Shown here: positions 33,756 to 44,005 of the stretch, piece by piece | Numbering within the stretch: position 1 is the stretch's first letter | How the letters are laid out: every line of letters starts with the position of its first letter | Assembly: GCA_963422615.1 (NCBI GenBank) | Contig: OY730414.1 | Location: forward strand, 868,001-932,000 | Source of the DNA: Longimicrobiales bacterium | GTDB lineage: Bacteria; Gemmatimonadota; Gemmatimonadetes; Longimicrobiales; Gaopeijiaceae | DNA: 64,000 nucleotides | Direction: 5' to 3' | The notes under the pieces: model-generated | The model's input: only the letters and a program-made list of their open reading frames with translations | Told to the model about the DNA's origin: nothing | Databases searched by the model: none | Made by a program: the position numbers and the translations under genes

Positions 33756-35476
33756 GGTCTTTCTCCGAATAGCGTGAGGGTTGCGAGTCTGTTGAGGGCG
33801 GCGGCGACTTCCTGCATTCGCGGAAGGGCGAGTGCGCCCGTCAGGCGAGCGTCCAATACATCCAGCCCCGACCCGGCCAGGGATGCTTCAAGGTCCTGGA
33901 GAACATCTTCCATGGTTCGTTCTTCTCCCATGAACTTTCGGGCATGAACCAGAGCCAGCGCAATAGCTTGAGTCTGGGCCCGGGAGACGATCTGTGAAAC
34001 CCCGGACAGGTCGATTCGTTCGCTTCCGAAGTCCACGGTGGTTCGGTTCCGTACCTTGACGTGGCGGGCCCGGCGTCCGCGTTCAGGCCGCACCGAATGG
34101 GGGTTGGGGCATCGGCGGTGGGAGGACCAGCGGGCCAGTCCTTCGCGGACCTGCCGGCCCGTGGGGTGGGCGGCCGCGACGGCCCGGGCCTCGGCGGTGA
34201 GGTCCCTGGGCTCGTAGCGGATCATTCCCAGGACCCGGTCCGCCGCATCCAGGTAATCGCCCGAGCCGCCCACCACGACGACGGTGCTGACGCCAGAGTC
34301 CTCGTAGAGGCTCCTGACCCGGTCGATGAAGGGGGTGATGGGTTCGTCGTCCCCCCTGATCAGGGTTTGCATCCGCCGGTCCCGGATCATGAAGTTGGTG
34401 GCGGCCGTGTCCTCGTCGATGAGCAGCAGGCGGGCGCCGGCCTCCAGGGCCTCGATGATTGCGGCCGCCTGGCTGGTGGAGCCGGAGGCATTGGAAGTGG
34501 AGAAGCGGCTCGTGTCCCGGCCTGCCGGGAGGGTCCCGATGAAGGGGGAGATATCCACGCCCGAGACCGGCCGCCCATCTTCCGCCTGCACCTTCATGGC
34601 CGTCGGATCCGTGACGACCCGTTCCCGCCCGTCTCCAGGGCGATGGTTGTACACGCCTCGGGCCACGGTGTTCAGGACGGTCGACTTGCCGTGATAGCCG
34701 CCGCCAACCAGGAGGGTCACACCCCGGGGAATTCCCATGCCGGTCAGGGGAGGGGCGTTGGCTCGCTTCAACGTGACCCGAAAGGCGGAGGGAGACGTGA
34801 AGAGAACGGCCTCGTCCTTGGACAGGGGCCGGTCGTCGGCCCCGCTGCGCCGGGGTAGCAGGGACCCGTCGGCGATGAAGGCCACCAGGTCGCGCTCGGG
34901 GAGTTGTTTGCGCAGAAAGTCGGCGTCCTCGTTGACTTCGGTGTGGAGGGCGACCACGGCTGACGCGTGGGCGCTGTTCGTCAGGGAGGACGCGACAAGC
35001 GACGGTAGCGTCTCCAGGAGGAGTCGTTCCGCCGCGCCCCCCAGGACCCGGCGTCCGATGGCCGGCAGCCCGACGGTAAAGCGGGCTTCCACGGTTCCGT
35101 CGTTGCGGATGGTGACGGCGGTGTTCGGAAGCACCACCTGTCCCGGGTCGGTCATGGCGATCTCCCCGCTTCGTCCGTGTCCCCGTGCGGTTCTCCGGAT
35201 CTGCCGGGCTCCGGCGGCGAAGCGGCGGGCAAGGAGACAGGAAAGTCCCGTCCTTCGAGAATGGGAGGCGATGGCTTCGGGAGGGAAGGCCGCCTGGCGG
35301 GGGGAGAGTACAGCCGCGAGTTGGCTCGGTGCCGCGAAGGGGTCGCCTTGAACGTGGCGAACGTTCAGTGTGAAACCGGACACACTCCAGGTCCCCACGA
35401 GATCTCGGTACGCGGCGTAGCCCCGCCTGTCGATGCGGCGGAGGGTACGCCTCAGGTCGTCCTTCGTCCTGTTCAT
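33752..35476 (-). CDS. ABC-class ATPase domain protein (ABC_ATPase family)
   Basis: HVQGDPFAAPS, Walker A GGGYHGKST, NASGSTSQAA, LLIDEDTAATNFMIRD. Confidence 0.9.
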   Translation of the reverse strand: MNRTKDDLRRTLRRIDRRGYAAYRDLVGTWSVSGFTLNVRHVQGDPFAAPSQLAAVLSPRQAAFPPEAIASHSRRTGLSCLLARRFAAGARQIRRTARGHGRSGEIAMTDPGQVVLPNTAVTIRNDGTVEARFTVGLPAIGRRVLGGAAERLLLETLPSLVASSLTNSAHASAVVALHTEVNEDADFLRKQLPERDLVAFIADGSLLPRRSGADDRPLSKDEAVLFTSPSAFRVTLKRANAPPLTGMGIPRGVTLLVGGGYHGKSTVLNTVARGVYNHRPGDGRERVVTDPTAMKVQAEDGRPVSGVDISPFIGTLPAGRDTSRFSTSNASGSTSQAAAIIEALEAGARLLLIDEDTAATNFMIRDRRMQTLIRGDDEPITPFIDRVRSLYEDSGVSTVVVVGGSGDYLDAADRVLGMIRYEPRDLTAEARAVAAAHPTGRQVREGLARWSSHRRCPNPHSVRPERGRRARHVKVRNRTTVDFGSERIDLSGVSQIVSRAQTQAIALALVHARKFMGEERTMEDVLQDLEASLAGSGLDVLDARLTGALALPRMQEVAAALNRLATLTLFGERP

Positions 35477-35887
35477 TGCCTGCGGTTGATTCCGGGGGTG
35501 TGCGTCGGGGGGAACAGCGGATCTTCCGGTGCCCAAAACAAAACTTAAGTCGCGCGACCCTTGAACGGTGGGTTAGGCGGCACGTCCGGAAAACGATCCG
35601 GTTGGACGGGATGGCGTCCCTGTCCTGACCCCACCCGGGGTTCGTCTTGCCGGTTCGACGCTGGGCAGCATCTGTGTCAACGGGGAACAAGACGACCCAT
35701 CCCCTAGAGAGTGCGACCTCGTACCTGTCGAAGGAGGACCGCGTGACCAACGTCCCGGCCCCCTCCAAGTGGCTGGCGGTTCCCTGCAACATCATGTACC
35801 GTAACGAGATCGTCAACTTGGAATCGGTGGGACACCGTACCCGCTGACCCTGCCTGTCCGGTACTTGACCCGAAGGGATCCTGTCCG

Positions 35888-37603
35888 ATGGTGTTACGGC
35901 TTCTTCGATTTCGACCTCGTTTCAATGGCCTGGGGATTTTCCCGGTTTGGGTGGCGCTCGTCACAGCGTTTGGTGGGTCGTGTGCGCCCGTTCCCGCTCC
36001 CCCGGACCTGGATGAAGCTCCCCAAGAGGCGGTGTCGGCAGAAGGAGTCGTCGTGGCCGCCCAGCCCCTTGCCGCAGAGGCCGGCGCGGAAATGCTCCGG
36101 GTCGGCGGAAACGCGGCCGATGCGGCGGTGGCGGCGGCCTTCGCCGTTTCGGTGGTTGAGCCTTCCATGAACAGTATTGGAGGTCGCACGCAAGTCCTTG
36201 TGCGTCTTCCCGACGGAACGTTTGCCGGGATTGATGCGACGACCCAGGCGCCCGCCACCTACGACCCGGACACGGCGCCGGAGGCATCGTACGGATACGG
36301 GACCGTTGGCGTTCCGGGGGCCGTCGCAGGGCTGGTCCGCCTTTTGGACGACCACGGGACCCTGCCCTTGGAACAGGTCATGGCCCCTGCCATCGCCCTG
36401 GCTTCCGACGGGTTCCCGCTTCTGCCAGGCGAAGCCGCGCGCCATGCGGCTGGTGCCCGCCAGCTCGCCGAGTTTGTGGGATCACGGGCTCACTTCCTGG
36501 ACCCGGCCGGGGAGACCCGGCCTGCGGGCGCCCTATTTAGGCAACCCGATCTGGGGGAGACCCTCAAGTCCATTGCGGAGGGCGGAGCGGACGCGTTCTA
36601 CCGCGGTACCGTTGCGGACCGGATCGTGGCCGACATGGAAGCCAACGGAGGGGCGGTGACGGCGGCGTCGCTGGCCGACTACCGGGCGGAGGATTCGCGC
36701 ATCGTCCGGGGTAGCTACCGGAGCTACGATCTGGTGGGCATCGACGTCCCGGCGGCGGGAGCGGTCACCATCGGGATTCTCCATGTTCTGGAGAACTTCG
36801 ACATGGCGGCCGCGGGGGACGACTGGGCGGCGCTGGTGGCCGCGGCAATCGCCGCGGTATTCGAACACCGAGGTGCCCTGGGCGGTTCCGACGGGGCGTT
36901 CATGACCGACAAGGCGTGGGCTGCGGAGATCGCGGCCGAAATCGGTCCGGCGTCGCTTCGCACGGCAGAAACCGCATCGGCCTCTTCGAAAGATGTCGCT
37001 GATAGGACCCGCGCCATTTGGGGTCCGGAGGACGGCCACACGACCCACCTGTCCGTCGCCGACGGCAACGGGATGTACGTATCCCTCACGCAGACGATCG
37101 GCCCCAACCTGGGCTCCAAGGTCGCCACCCCCGGCCTGGGGTTTCTCTACGCCGCCACCCTTGGAGGCTATTTGGGGCGGATGGAGCCCGGCCAGCGCGC
37201 CCGCTCCAGCATTTCTCCCCTCATGGTTGTCCAGGACGGAGAGCCCGTGCTGGTCCTTGGCGCAGCTGGAGGGGCCCGGATCGTTTCGGCCCTGGTTCAG
37301 GCGGTCCTGCGCGTCGTGGACCAGGGAATGACCCTTACCGAAGCTCTGGCCGCCGCTCGGGTTCACCCCATTTCGGGGGGCATCGCCATGGAGACCTCCC
37401 CCGGGATCGGCTGGACCCCCGCGGATGTGGCGGAGGTGGAGTCCTTGGGGCTGGAGGTCCAGGCCGTGGAGCGGGAGGGTGCCTTCGGGCGAATTCACGG
37501 GATTGCCGTAGATGCGAACACAGGAGAAATGACGGGCGTGGCCGATCCCGATTGGGAGGGGGCGGCGATCGTACCGGATCGATTGGACGGTACGCATGAT
37601 TGA
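35888..37603 (+). CDS. Gamma-glutamyltransferase family protein
   Basis: GGNAADAAVA, VGVPG, HTTHLSV (nucleophile Thr), SSISP, GAAGG. Confidence 0.92.
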   Translation: MVLRLLRFRPRFNGLGIFPVWVALVTAFGGSCAPVPAPPDLDEAPQEAVSAEGVVVAAQPLAAEAGAEMLRVGGNAADAAVAAAFAVSVVEPSMNSIGGRTQVLVRLPDGTFAGIDATTQAPATYDPDTAPEASYGYGTVGVPGAVAGLVRLLDDHGTLPLEQVMAPAIALASDGFPLLPGEAARHAAGARQLAEFVGSRAHFLDPAGETRPAGALFRQPDLGETLKSIAEGGADAFYRGTVADRIVADMEANGGAVTAASLADYRAEDSRIVRGSYRSYDLVGIDVPAAGAVTIGILHVLENFDMAAAGDDWAALVAAAIAAVFEHRGALGGSDGAFMTDKAWAAEIAAEIGPASLRTAETASASSKDVADRTRAIWGPEDGHTTHLSVADGNGMYVSLTQTIGPNLGSKVATPGLGFLYAATLGGYLGRMEPGQRARSSISPLMVVQDGEPVLVLGAAGGARIVSALVQAVLRVVDQGMTLTEALAAARVHPISGGIAMETSPGIGWTPADVAEVESLGLEVQAVEREGAFGRIHGIAVDANTGEMTGVADPDWEGAAIVPDRLDGTHD

Positions 37604-39248
37604 GTTCCGACGATGCGGTTGGTCGCGGGGGCGAAAATCTTCGTCCCCTTGGCCGGTGCTCCGAAGGAGGAGGCCATCTCGGTGGCCCTCGGTCTTGGCC
37701 CTCCTAGCCATGGCCGCGTGCGGCGATTCCTCCGACGCTTCCTACGACGTGATTCTGAGAGGTGGCAGGGTGCTGGACGGTTCCGGTGCTCCTCCCCGTC
37801 CGGTGGATGTGGCCATCCGCGGTGACCGGATCGTGGCATTGGGCGACCTGGGTGTGGCATCGGCAAGTCAGGACCTGGACGTTACCGGCCTCTACGTGGC
37901 GCCCGGCTTCATCGACACCCACTCCCATGCGGGCCCCGGACTCACCACCGAAGAACGGAGTCATGGCGAGCCCCTTCTGGCCCAGGGGATCACGACCGTT
38001 CTGGTCAACCCTGACGGGGGCGGCCCCGTGGATCTGGGTCAGCAGCGGCAGGCCCTGGAGGCGCATGGCCTGGGCGTGAACGTCGCCCAGCTGGTTCCCC
38101 ACGGATCCGTTCGGCGTCGGGTCCTGGGGACGCAGGATCGGGCGCCGATCCCTGCGGAGTTGGAAGCCATGGCGGAGCTGGTCCGGGACGGTATGGAGGC
38201 GGGCGCGTGGGGCCTGTCGTCGGGGACGTTCTATGCCCCCGGCAGCTACGCGGAAAACCGGGAGCTGGTCGAACTTGCCCGGGTTGTGGCGGTGTACGGC
38301 GGCGTCTACACGAGCCACATCCGCGACGAGTCCAACTACACGATTGGCGTGGTGGCGGCGGTCGAGGAGGTCATCGAAGTGGGCCGGGAGGCGGGCCTGA
38401 CGGCGGTGGTCACCCACGTCAAGGCTCTGGGGCCTCCGGTCTGGGGCGCCTCGTCGGCCATTGTGGAGCGCATCGCCCTTGCCCGGGCGGAGGGCCTGTC
38501 CATTTACGCCGATCAGTACCCCTACTTGGCCTCGGCGACGGGGCTGGCGGCGGCGCTGCTTCCCCGGTGGTCGCAGGCAGGGGGGATGGAGGCGTTCCAG
38601 GATAGGGTTGCCGATCCGGGGGAGCGGGCTCGCATCCGGGAAGCCATGATTGAGAACCTGGCCCGGCGGGGTGGCCCGGACCGGATCCAGTTCAGGCGCT
38701 TCGAGCCGGATCCGTCCATTGAGGGACGGCTGCTGTCGGAGGTGGCGGCGGAGCGCGGTGCCCCTCCTGTGGACGTGGCCCTGGAGCTGATTCTGCAAGG
38801 CGGACCTTCCATCGTCTCTTTCAACATGAGCGAGGAAGATCTCCTTCGCCTCATGACCCAGGAGTGGACCATGACCTCCTCGGATGGCGGCCTTCCCCGG
38901 TTCGGCGTCGGCGTGCCGCACCCCAGGTCGTACGGCGCCTTCCCGCGCAAGATTGGCAAGTTCGTCTTCGAGGACCGCGTGATGTCCCTGGGCGCGGCCG
39001 TGCGAAGCATGACGAGCCTGCCCGCCGAGGTCCTGGGCATGAGCGACCGGGGCCGAATCCAGGAGGGCATGGTGGCGGACATTGTCGTGTTTTCCGACTA
39101 CCTCAAGGACAATGCCACTTTCGCCGATCCCCACCAGCTGTCGTCAGGGGTCGTACACCTTTTTTTGGCAGGGGAGGCCGCCGTCCTGAACTCGGGCTTC
39201 ACCGGGGCGGAAGTGGGCACGGTGTTGGTGAAGGAAGCCGGTAGGTAA
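37596..39248 (+). CDS. N-acyl-D-amino-acid deacylase (D-aminoacylase)
   Basis: PGFIDTHSH, SHIRDE, DQYPY, SDG, HPRSYGAFPR. Confidence 0.92.
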   Translation: MIEFRRCGWSRGRKSSSPWPVLRRRRPSRWPSVLALLAMAACGDSSDASYDVILRGGRVLDGSGAPPRPVDVAIRGDRIVALGDLGVASASQDLDVTGLYVAPGFIDTHSHAGPGLTTEERSHGEPLLAQGITTVLVNPDGGGPVDLGQQRQALEAHGLGVNVAQLVPHGSVRRRVLGTQDRAPIPAELEAMAELVRDGMEAGAWGLSSGTFYAPGSYAENRELVELARVVAVYGGVYTSHIRDESNYTIGVVAAVEEVIEVGREAGLTAVVTHVKALGPPVWGASSAIVERIALARAEGLSIYADQYPYLASATGLAAALLPRWSQAGGMEAFQDRVADPGERARIREAMIENLARRGGPDRIQFRRFEPDPSIEGRLLSEVAAERGAPPVDVALELILQGGPSIVSFNMSEEDLLRLMTQEWTMTSSDGGLPRFGVGVPHPRSYGAFPRKIGKFVFEDRVMSLGAAVRSMTSLPAEVLGMSDRGRIQEGMVADIVVFSDYLKDNATFADPHQLSSGVVHLFLAGEAAVLNSGFTGAEVGTVLVKEAGR

Positions 39249-39365
39249 GCTGTTGCGCCTATTGGGCGGTTGGTAAGTCGGGTAAATTTTTTTAGATGAA
39301 GAACATGAATCATGATGCCCGTACACCGGCACAACCGGCGCGGTATCCTTTAGGGTTTCGGGCGC

Positions 39366-40574
39366 CTACCGCGGAATCACGCCGTATCGGCGAAGCACTT
39401 CCAGGGTGGCCTCCAGGGGGAGGGCTTCCCGGGTCCCCCATCGGCTGCGAACGGTTACGGCCATGAAGATGGAGTTGTAGACGGCTTCTTCCGTGGCCTC
39501 CACGGTTGCCTGAAAGAGGGCCGACAGGTTGTTGTTCGGCAGGTCCTGGACGCTGCGAACTTGTCGTCCGGGCTGTCTGCGCACCCCCGGAGCGGTGGAG
39601 AAGCTGATCGCGTAGTCCCCGGAGCCGTTGCTGGCGAAGGACCCGGTGCGAGACAGTCCCATCATCGCGCGCCGCGCGACCCGCATGAGGTTCCGGTCCG
39701 AAAGGGGCGCGTCGGTGGCGACGACCATCATGATCGAGCCCTGGGATTCTCCTTCCCGCTCTTCCGGGTGAGGACGCGGGGCCTCGTTTCCGCCCGGCTC
39801 GACCTGGGCGCGGAAGGCGTAGCGGCCCAACTCCCGGCCCACCGGCGCGCCGCCAATCTGAAGGATGCCCCCGAAGTTGGACTGGACGAGGACGCCGACC
39901 GCATACCCGCCCAGGGAACCAGGCAGCACCCGCGAACTCGTCCCGATGCCCCCCTTCCAGCCGAAGGCCGAGGTGCCGGTTCCGGCCCCGACGGCGCCTT
40001 CTTCCACGATTCCTTCCGCGGCTCCGTCCAGGGCTTCCCTTACATGGTAAGCGGTGATGGGGCGGCTCCGAATGTCGTTCAGCCCCCCGTCATTGGTTTC
40101 CCCCACGACGGGATTGATAGACCGGACCGCTTCCATCCCCTCCTGCTCCAGGGCCCAGGCGACCATGGCGTCGGCCGCCTTCCACACGCAAAGGGTGCAG
40201 GTCAGGAGGATCGGGGTTTCCAGCTCCCCCAGCTCGGCGACCTGGGTTACGCCCAGGAGCTTGCCGAAGCCGTTGCCGGTGTAGATCGCCGCCGGTACCC
40301 GGTCGAAGTAGAGGTTGCCACCGTGGGGTCGAATCGCCGTCACCCCGGTGCGGACGTCGTCCCCCCGGACCACGGTGACGTGACCCACCCGCACCCCGGC
40401 CACGTCGGTGATGGCGTTGAACGTTCCTGGCGTGAAGATGCCGGGCTCAATGCCCAGCTCCCGGGCCCGGGTCCTTGCTTCGTGCCGAGGCGGTGGTTCC
40501 TGGGTCACGGCGGCGGTTGGGTCAAGGAATACGGGGAGCAGGAGGGCGGCCGCGACAAATGGGCACGTCTTCAT
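39366..40574 (-). CDS. DmpA-like P1 family aminopeptidase
   Basis: NAITDVAGVRVGH, NGFGK, VVGETNDG, GSIM autocleavage site, GSGDY. Confidence 0.93.
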   Translation of the reverse strand: MKTCPFVAAALLLPVFLDPTAAVTQEPPPRHEARTRARELGIEPGIFTPGTFNAITDVAGVRVGHVTVVRGDDVRTGVTAIRPHGGNLYFDRVPAAIYTGNGFGKLLGVTQVAELGELETPILLTCTLCVWKAADAMVAWALEQEGMEAVRSINPVVGETNDGGLNDIRSRPITAYHVREALDGAAEGIVEEGAVGAGTGTSAFGWKGGIGTSSRVLPGSLGGYAVGVLVQSNFGGILQIGGAPVGRELGRYAFRAQVEPGGNEAPRPHPEEREGESQGSIMMVVATDAPLSDRNLMRVARRAMMGLSRTGSFASNGSGDYAISFSTAPGVRRQPGRQVRSVQDLPNNNLSALFQATVEATEEAVYNSIFMAVTVRSRWGTREALPLEATLEVLRRYGVIPR

Positions 40575-40715
40575 GGGGATTCTCCGCGAAGGGCAACGAT
40601 ACGGGGGGTGGGCAGGGGACCGGGGCGGTAGCCCAGGAAGGCGGCGGGGCCGTCTGGGGAGCGGGGTTGGTCCTGGGGCCCCGGGGAGGGCGGGGAACGT
40701 TGGCCGGGAGGTGCA

Positions 40716-41600
40716 TCAGAACGCTCCCGCGACCATCAGCGTCAGCAGCAGAGGGTGATAGAGAAGCGATCCCAGGAACACGAGTCGGCCCCTGGGTTTC
40801 GTGGGTTGCAGCAGAAATGCGATCGTGGTCGACCCCAGTCCCAAGCCCAGGACCACGGCCGCCGTCAGATAGAGACCGCCTGTCATGTCCAGCAGGGCCG
40901 GAAGAATGCTCAGGAGAAAGAGAGCCGCCGCAGAGCCCACCATCAGGCCCGATATGAGCCTGGGAGAGCCCGAGGGGATCAGCTGGAACCCGGCCCGTGC
41001 GTAGTCTTCGGCCAAGTTCCACCCCAGGGCGAGGACGTGGATGAGCTGCCAGAAGAAGAGAATGCCGAAGAGCACCATTCCCCGGAGTTCCAAGGTGCCG
41101 GCGTGAGCCGTCCAGCCGACCAGGGCGGGCAGGGCTCCGGGAATCGCTCCGAAGGGGGTTGCCAGGGGAGACCGAAGTTTCAGGGGGGTGTAGATGCCAT
41201 TGTACAGGAGCGCGGTGGTGGCGGCGGCCAGGGCGGGGGCCCAACCGGTCCTGAACCACAAGTGTCCAACTCCCGCCAGCAGCAATGCCCAGCCGAACCA
41301 CCGGGCCCGCTCCGGCGGGATGCGCCCCGAGGGAACCGGGCGTTTCCGGGTTCGGACCATGAAGCCGTCTGCTTCCCGCTCCAGGTACTGATTCAGGGCA
41401 AGGGCGCCAGCAGTGCTCGCTCCCGTTCCCAGAACCAAGTGAACGAGCCGCCCCCAAAGGACCTCGGGGAGGGCGGCCATGACGTATCCGGCCACCGCCG
41501 TGACGGCCACGAAGAGGGTGATTCCTGGCTTGGTCAGCTCCAGGTAGGCCAGCGGCCCTCCGGGGTGTTTTCCCGTCCGGATTCGCGCTTCCAGGCTCAC
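40716..41600 (-). CDS. ctaB: Protoheme IX farnesyltransferase (heme o synthase)
   Basis: YLELTKP, NQYLERE.D..M.RT..RP.PSGR, YTPLK, GA.PGA.P, DYARAG. Confidence 0.92.
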   Translation of the reverse strand: MSLEARIRTGKHPGGPLAYLELTKPGITLFVAVTAVAGYVMAALPEVLWGRLVHLVLGTGASTAGALALNQYLEREADGFMVRTRKRPVPSGRIPPERARWFGWALLLAGVGHLWFRTGWAPALAAATTALLYNGIYTPLKLRSPLATPFGAIPGALPALVGWTAHAGTLELRGMVLFGILFFWQLIHVLALGWNLAEDYARAGFQLIPSGSPRLISGLMVGSAAALFLLSILPALLDMTGGLYLTAAVVLGLGLGSTTIAFLLQPTKPRGRLVFLGSLLYHPLLLTLMVAGAF

Positions 41601-42388
41601 AGCAGTCCCTGCACCAAGCCCCCGTCAATCTGGAACGTGTGGCCCGTCACGTAGGAGGCGGCTTCCGATGCGAGAAAGACCACGCCCCTGGCGAATTCCT
41701 CGGGCTGTCCGATGCGACCCATGGGGATGTCCGCGGCGATGGCGTCGCGCACAGTCTCTTTGGTGGTTCCCTGTTCCGCCGCCCTGGCCACCAGGAGCGA
41801 CTCCACCCGGTCGGTGTGGATGTACCCCGGTGCGGCAACATTGCAGAGGATGCCTTCGGCGGCCAGCTCCCGGGAGATTGTCTTGATGAAGCCCACCACG
41901 CCTGGCCGGGCCGTGTTGGAGAGGAGGAGTCCTTGGATGGGCTGTTTCACCGAAACCGACGTGATGGCGACAATGCGCCCCCACCCGTTCTTTCGCATCT
42001 CGGGCAGGGAGGCCAGGGTGAGCTGGATGGTGGACATGAGGTTCAGTTCCAGAGCGTCTCGGTAGGCTTGCGGAGCGAAGGACCCGACCCCTCCGGGGGG
42101 CGGCCCCCCCGCGTTGGCAATGACAATGTCCAGGCGACCGAACTCGGCGGCGGCTCTCTTGACCACGTGGGTACAGAAGGCCTCCCCGGAAACGTCGCCG
42201 GCGACGGGCACGACCCTGCGGCCCGTGGCCCGGGAAATCTCCTCCGCAGCGGTCCCCAGGGCGTCGGGGGACCTGGAGTTGATGACCACATCCGCTCCCT
42301 CCCGGGCCAGCCCTTCGGCGACGGCTCGCCCCAACCCCTTTGAGGCACCGGTAACCAGGGCGGCTCTATCGGTCAATCCAAGGTCCAC
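41597..42388 (-). CDS. Short-chain dehydrogenase/reductase
   Basis: TGASKGLG, NAGGPP, LSNTAR, PGYIHT, IDGG; AAGGAG RBS before GTG at 42388. Confidence 0.92.
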   Translation of the reverse strand: MDLGLTDRAALVTGASKGLGRAVAEGLAREGADVVINSRSPDALGTAAEEISRATGRRVVPVAGDVSGEAFCTHVVKRAAAEFGRLDIVIANAGGPPPGGVGSFAPQAYRDALELNLMSTIQLTLASLPEMRKNGWGRIVAITSVSVKQPIQGLLLSNTARPGVVGFIKTISRELAAEGILCNVAAPGYIHTDRVESLLVARAAEQGTTKETVRDAIAADIPMGRIGQPEEFARGVVFLASEAASYVTGHTFQIDGGLVQGLL

Positions 42389-42520
42389 GGTCTTCTCCTT
42401 ATGTATTGGTTCCTGTTCATGTTTATTTCGGAGTCGACCCGCCGAAACCCCTTCGGTCCCTTGCGGGTATGATCTGGAGTATGGGGCCCTAGGGCAGGAA
42501 CCCACCGGGCAACATAACGG

Positions 42521-43186
42521 ATGGAGATGAACGAGATGGATGTCAGGTCCAGACGGCGGAAAGACCGCAGACTCTGGAGGAACGCCTTCTTCGCGTCCCT
42601 TCTCTTCCATCTCTTCGTCCTGCTCCTTGGGGGGCGGGGACCTCTCCCCCTCTCCCCGTTCGCGGCCGCAGGCCCGAAGGCCGGCGACGACCGCGCCGCC
42701 GCAGGGGGCATGCAGGCGGTCAACGTACTTGCGCCTCCCAGCCGCCCGGTTCCGCCCCCGGAGATTCCCCTGGCCGTGGAGATCGACGTCGACCCGGTCG
42801 ACCTGGAACAGGAGCTGACCTTCGACATGGCGGCCCTCCTGGGCGTTAAGCCCGGCCCCATCGGGCCTCCCGGTCTGGAGGACGGGGACGGGGAAGGCGA
42901 CGGGGGCACCGCCACCGAAGGACTCCGGCGACTCGTGCCGCCCACGCCCCGCGGAATGATCATTCCGCCGACGGACAGGAGCCTTCGGGGAACCGAGGTG
43001 CAAGTGTGGGTATTCGTCGACGAAGCGGGCCGGGTCGTGCCCGACTCCACGAGGCTGGACCCGCCGACCCGGAGCCGGAACTTCAACCGCCAGCTCATTC
43101 GAGAGGCGGCCCAGTGGGTGTTTCGCCCCGGCCACCGGGACGGTCGCCCCGTCGCCGCCTGGTATCCCTACACGATCAGCATGTGA
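42521..43186 (+). CDS. TonB-like energy transducer
   Basis: N-terminal TM with SLLFH; Pro-rich linker; VDEAGRV and W.FRPG..DG.PV TonB C-terminal motif. Confidence 0.8.
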   Translation: MEMNEMDVRSRRRKDRRLWRNAFFASLLFHLFVLLLGGRGPLPLSPFAAAGPKAGDDRAAAGGMQAVNVLAPPSRPVPPPEIPLAVEIDVDPVDLEQELTFDMAALLGVKPGPIGPPGLEDGDGEGDGGTATEGLRRLVPPTPRGMIIPPTDRSLRGTEVQVWVFVDEAGRVVPDSTRLDPPTRSRNFNRQLIREAAQWVFRPGHRDGRPVAAWYPYTISM

Positions 43187-43251
43187 GACGCCGAGAGTCG
43201 GGGCTGTCGAGAAATGAGTCTCGAACGCAGAGTCGCCCTCAGCGGGGGCGA

Positions 43252-43845
43252 TCAGCCGCCCGACCAGGGCGGCGTGACCCCGTTCATGCGGGCATAGGCA
43301 ATGGACTGGCCCAGGTGTTCGTGGAAGTGGGTCATCACGAGGAGGAGGGCTCCTCGGACCGTCGTGTCGCTGCCGAACAGGTTCACGGGCTCGGTCAGGC
43401 GGGCGTCGGAGCTGCCCTCGATCACCTCCGCTACGTAGGCAAAGGACGCATCAAGTGCCCTGACCACGGTCGCCTTGTCGGTGATCGACTCGGCGTTCTG
43501 ACCGTCGTACCACCGGGGATCGGCGCCCTGGGGCGGGGCCATGTTCAGCACGCCGGCGATGATTCCGATGTTGGCGGCGGCGACGTGCATGAAGACCTCG
43601 GAGACCGAGCGCACGCCCTCGTCCGGTCGCCAGCCGTATGCGGATTCCGGGATGGCTTCGGCCAGGTCCAGATACTTCTCCTTCGCCTGTGCCAAGTCCT
43701 GCACCATTTCGGCTTGAATCGTGGCGCCGTCATCGTCAGATCCTGCCGGCTGGTCTTCCAAGACGCTTCCGCACCCTGCAGCGGCGAACAGGGCGAACAG
43801 CGCAGCCAGCGGCGGGCTTCTCTTGGGGATCTTCGCGTTCTTCAT
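43252..43845 (-). CDS. DinB family lipoprotein
   Basis: Lipobox AAGC; WRP..GVRS..EVFMH and HFHEHLGQSIAYARMNGVTPPW. Confidence 0.88.
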   Translation of the reverse strand: MKNAKIPKRSPPLAALFALFAAAGCGSVLEDQPAGSDDDGATIQAEMVQDLAQAKEKYLDLAEAIPESAYGWRPDEGVRSVSEVFMHVAAANIGIIAGVLNMAPPQGADPRWYDGQNAESITDKATVVRALDASFAYVAEVIEGSSDARLTEPVNLFGSDTTVRGALLLVMTHFHEHLGQSIAYARMNGVTPPWSGG

Positions 43846-44005
43846 CGGGCAACTCCGGGTAGGATGGGTATGAATCATGAATGCGACATCGCACGATCAC
43901 GAGTCACAAGGGGAGGGCGGTCGACAGTTCGTAGGGGGCCTACGCATGGCTTCGCACCCAGCGGGCCCGGCAAACCCCGTCCGAAACGGCTAACTTAACC
44001 CTACC

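Noticed and set aside
35540..35880. Short ORF 35647-35847 in the divergent intergenic region
   Set aside because: No recognisable motif or RBS; may be promoter DNA or a decayed fragment
12409..39134. Long antisense or off-frame ORFs (e.g. 12409-14517, 22836-25316, 30762-32642, 34083-35816, 37704-39134)
   Set aside because: Shadow ORFs expected opposite real genes in high-GC DNA; no motifs
42389..43135. Long N-terminal extension of the SDR ORF
   Set aside because: Antisense to the TonB-like gene; the SDR has its own RBS and start at 42388
43985..44003. Possible DtxR/MntR operator upstream of the PorX-like gene
   Set aside because: Poor palindrome and weak match to the TTAGGTTAGCCTAACCTAA consensus
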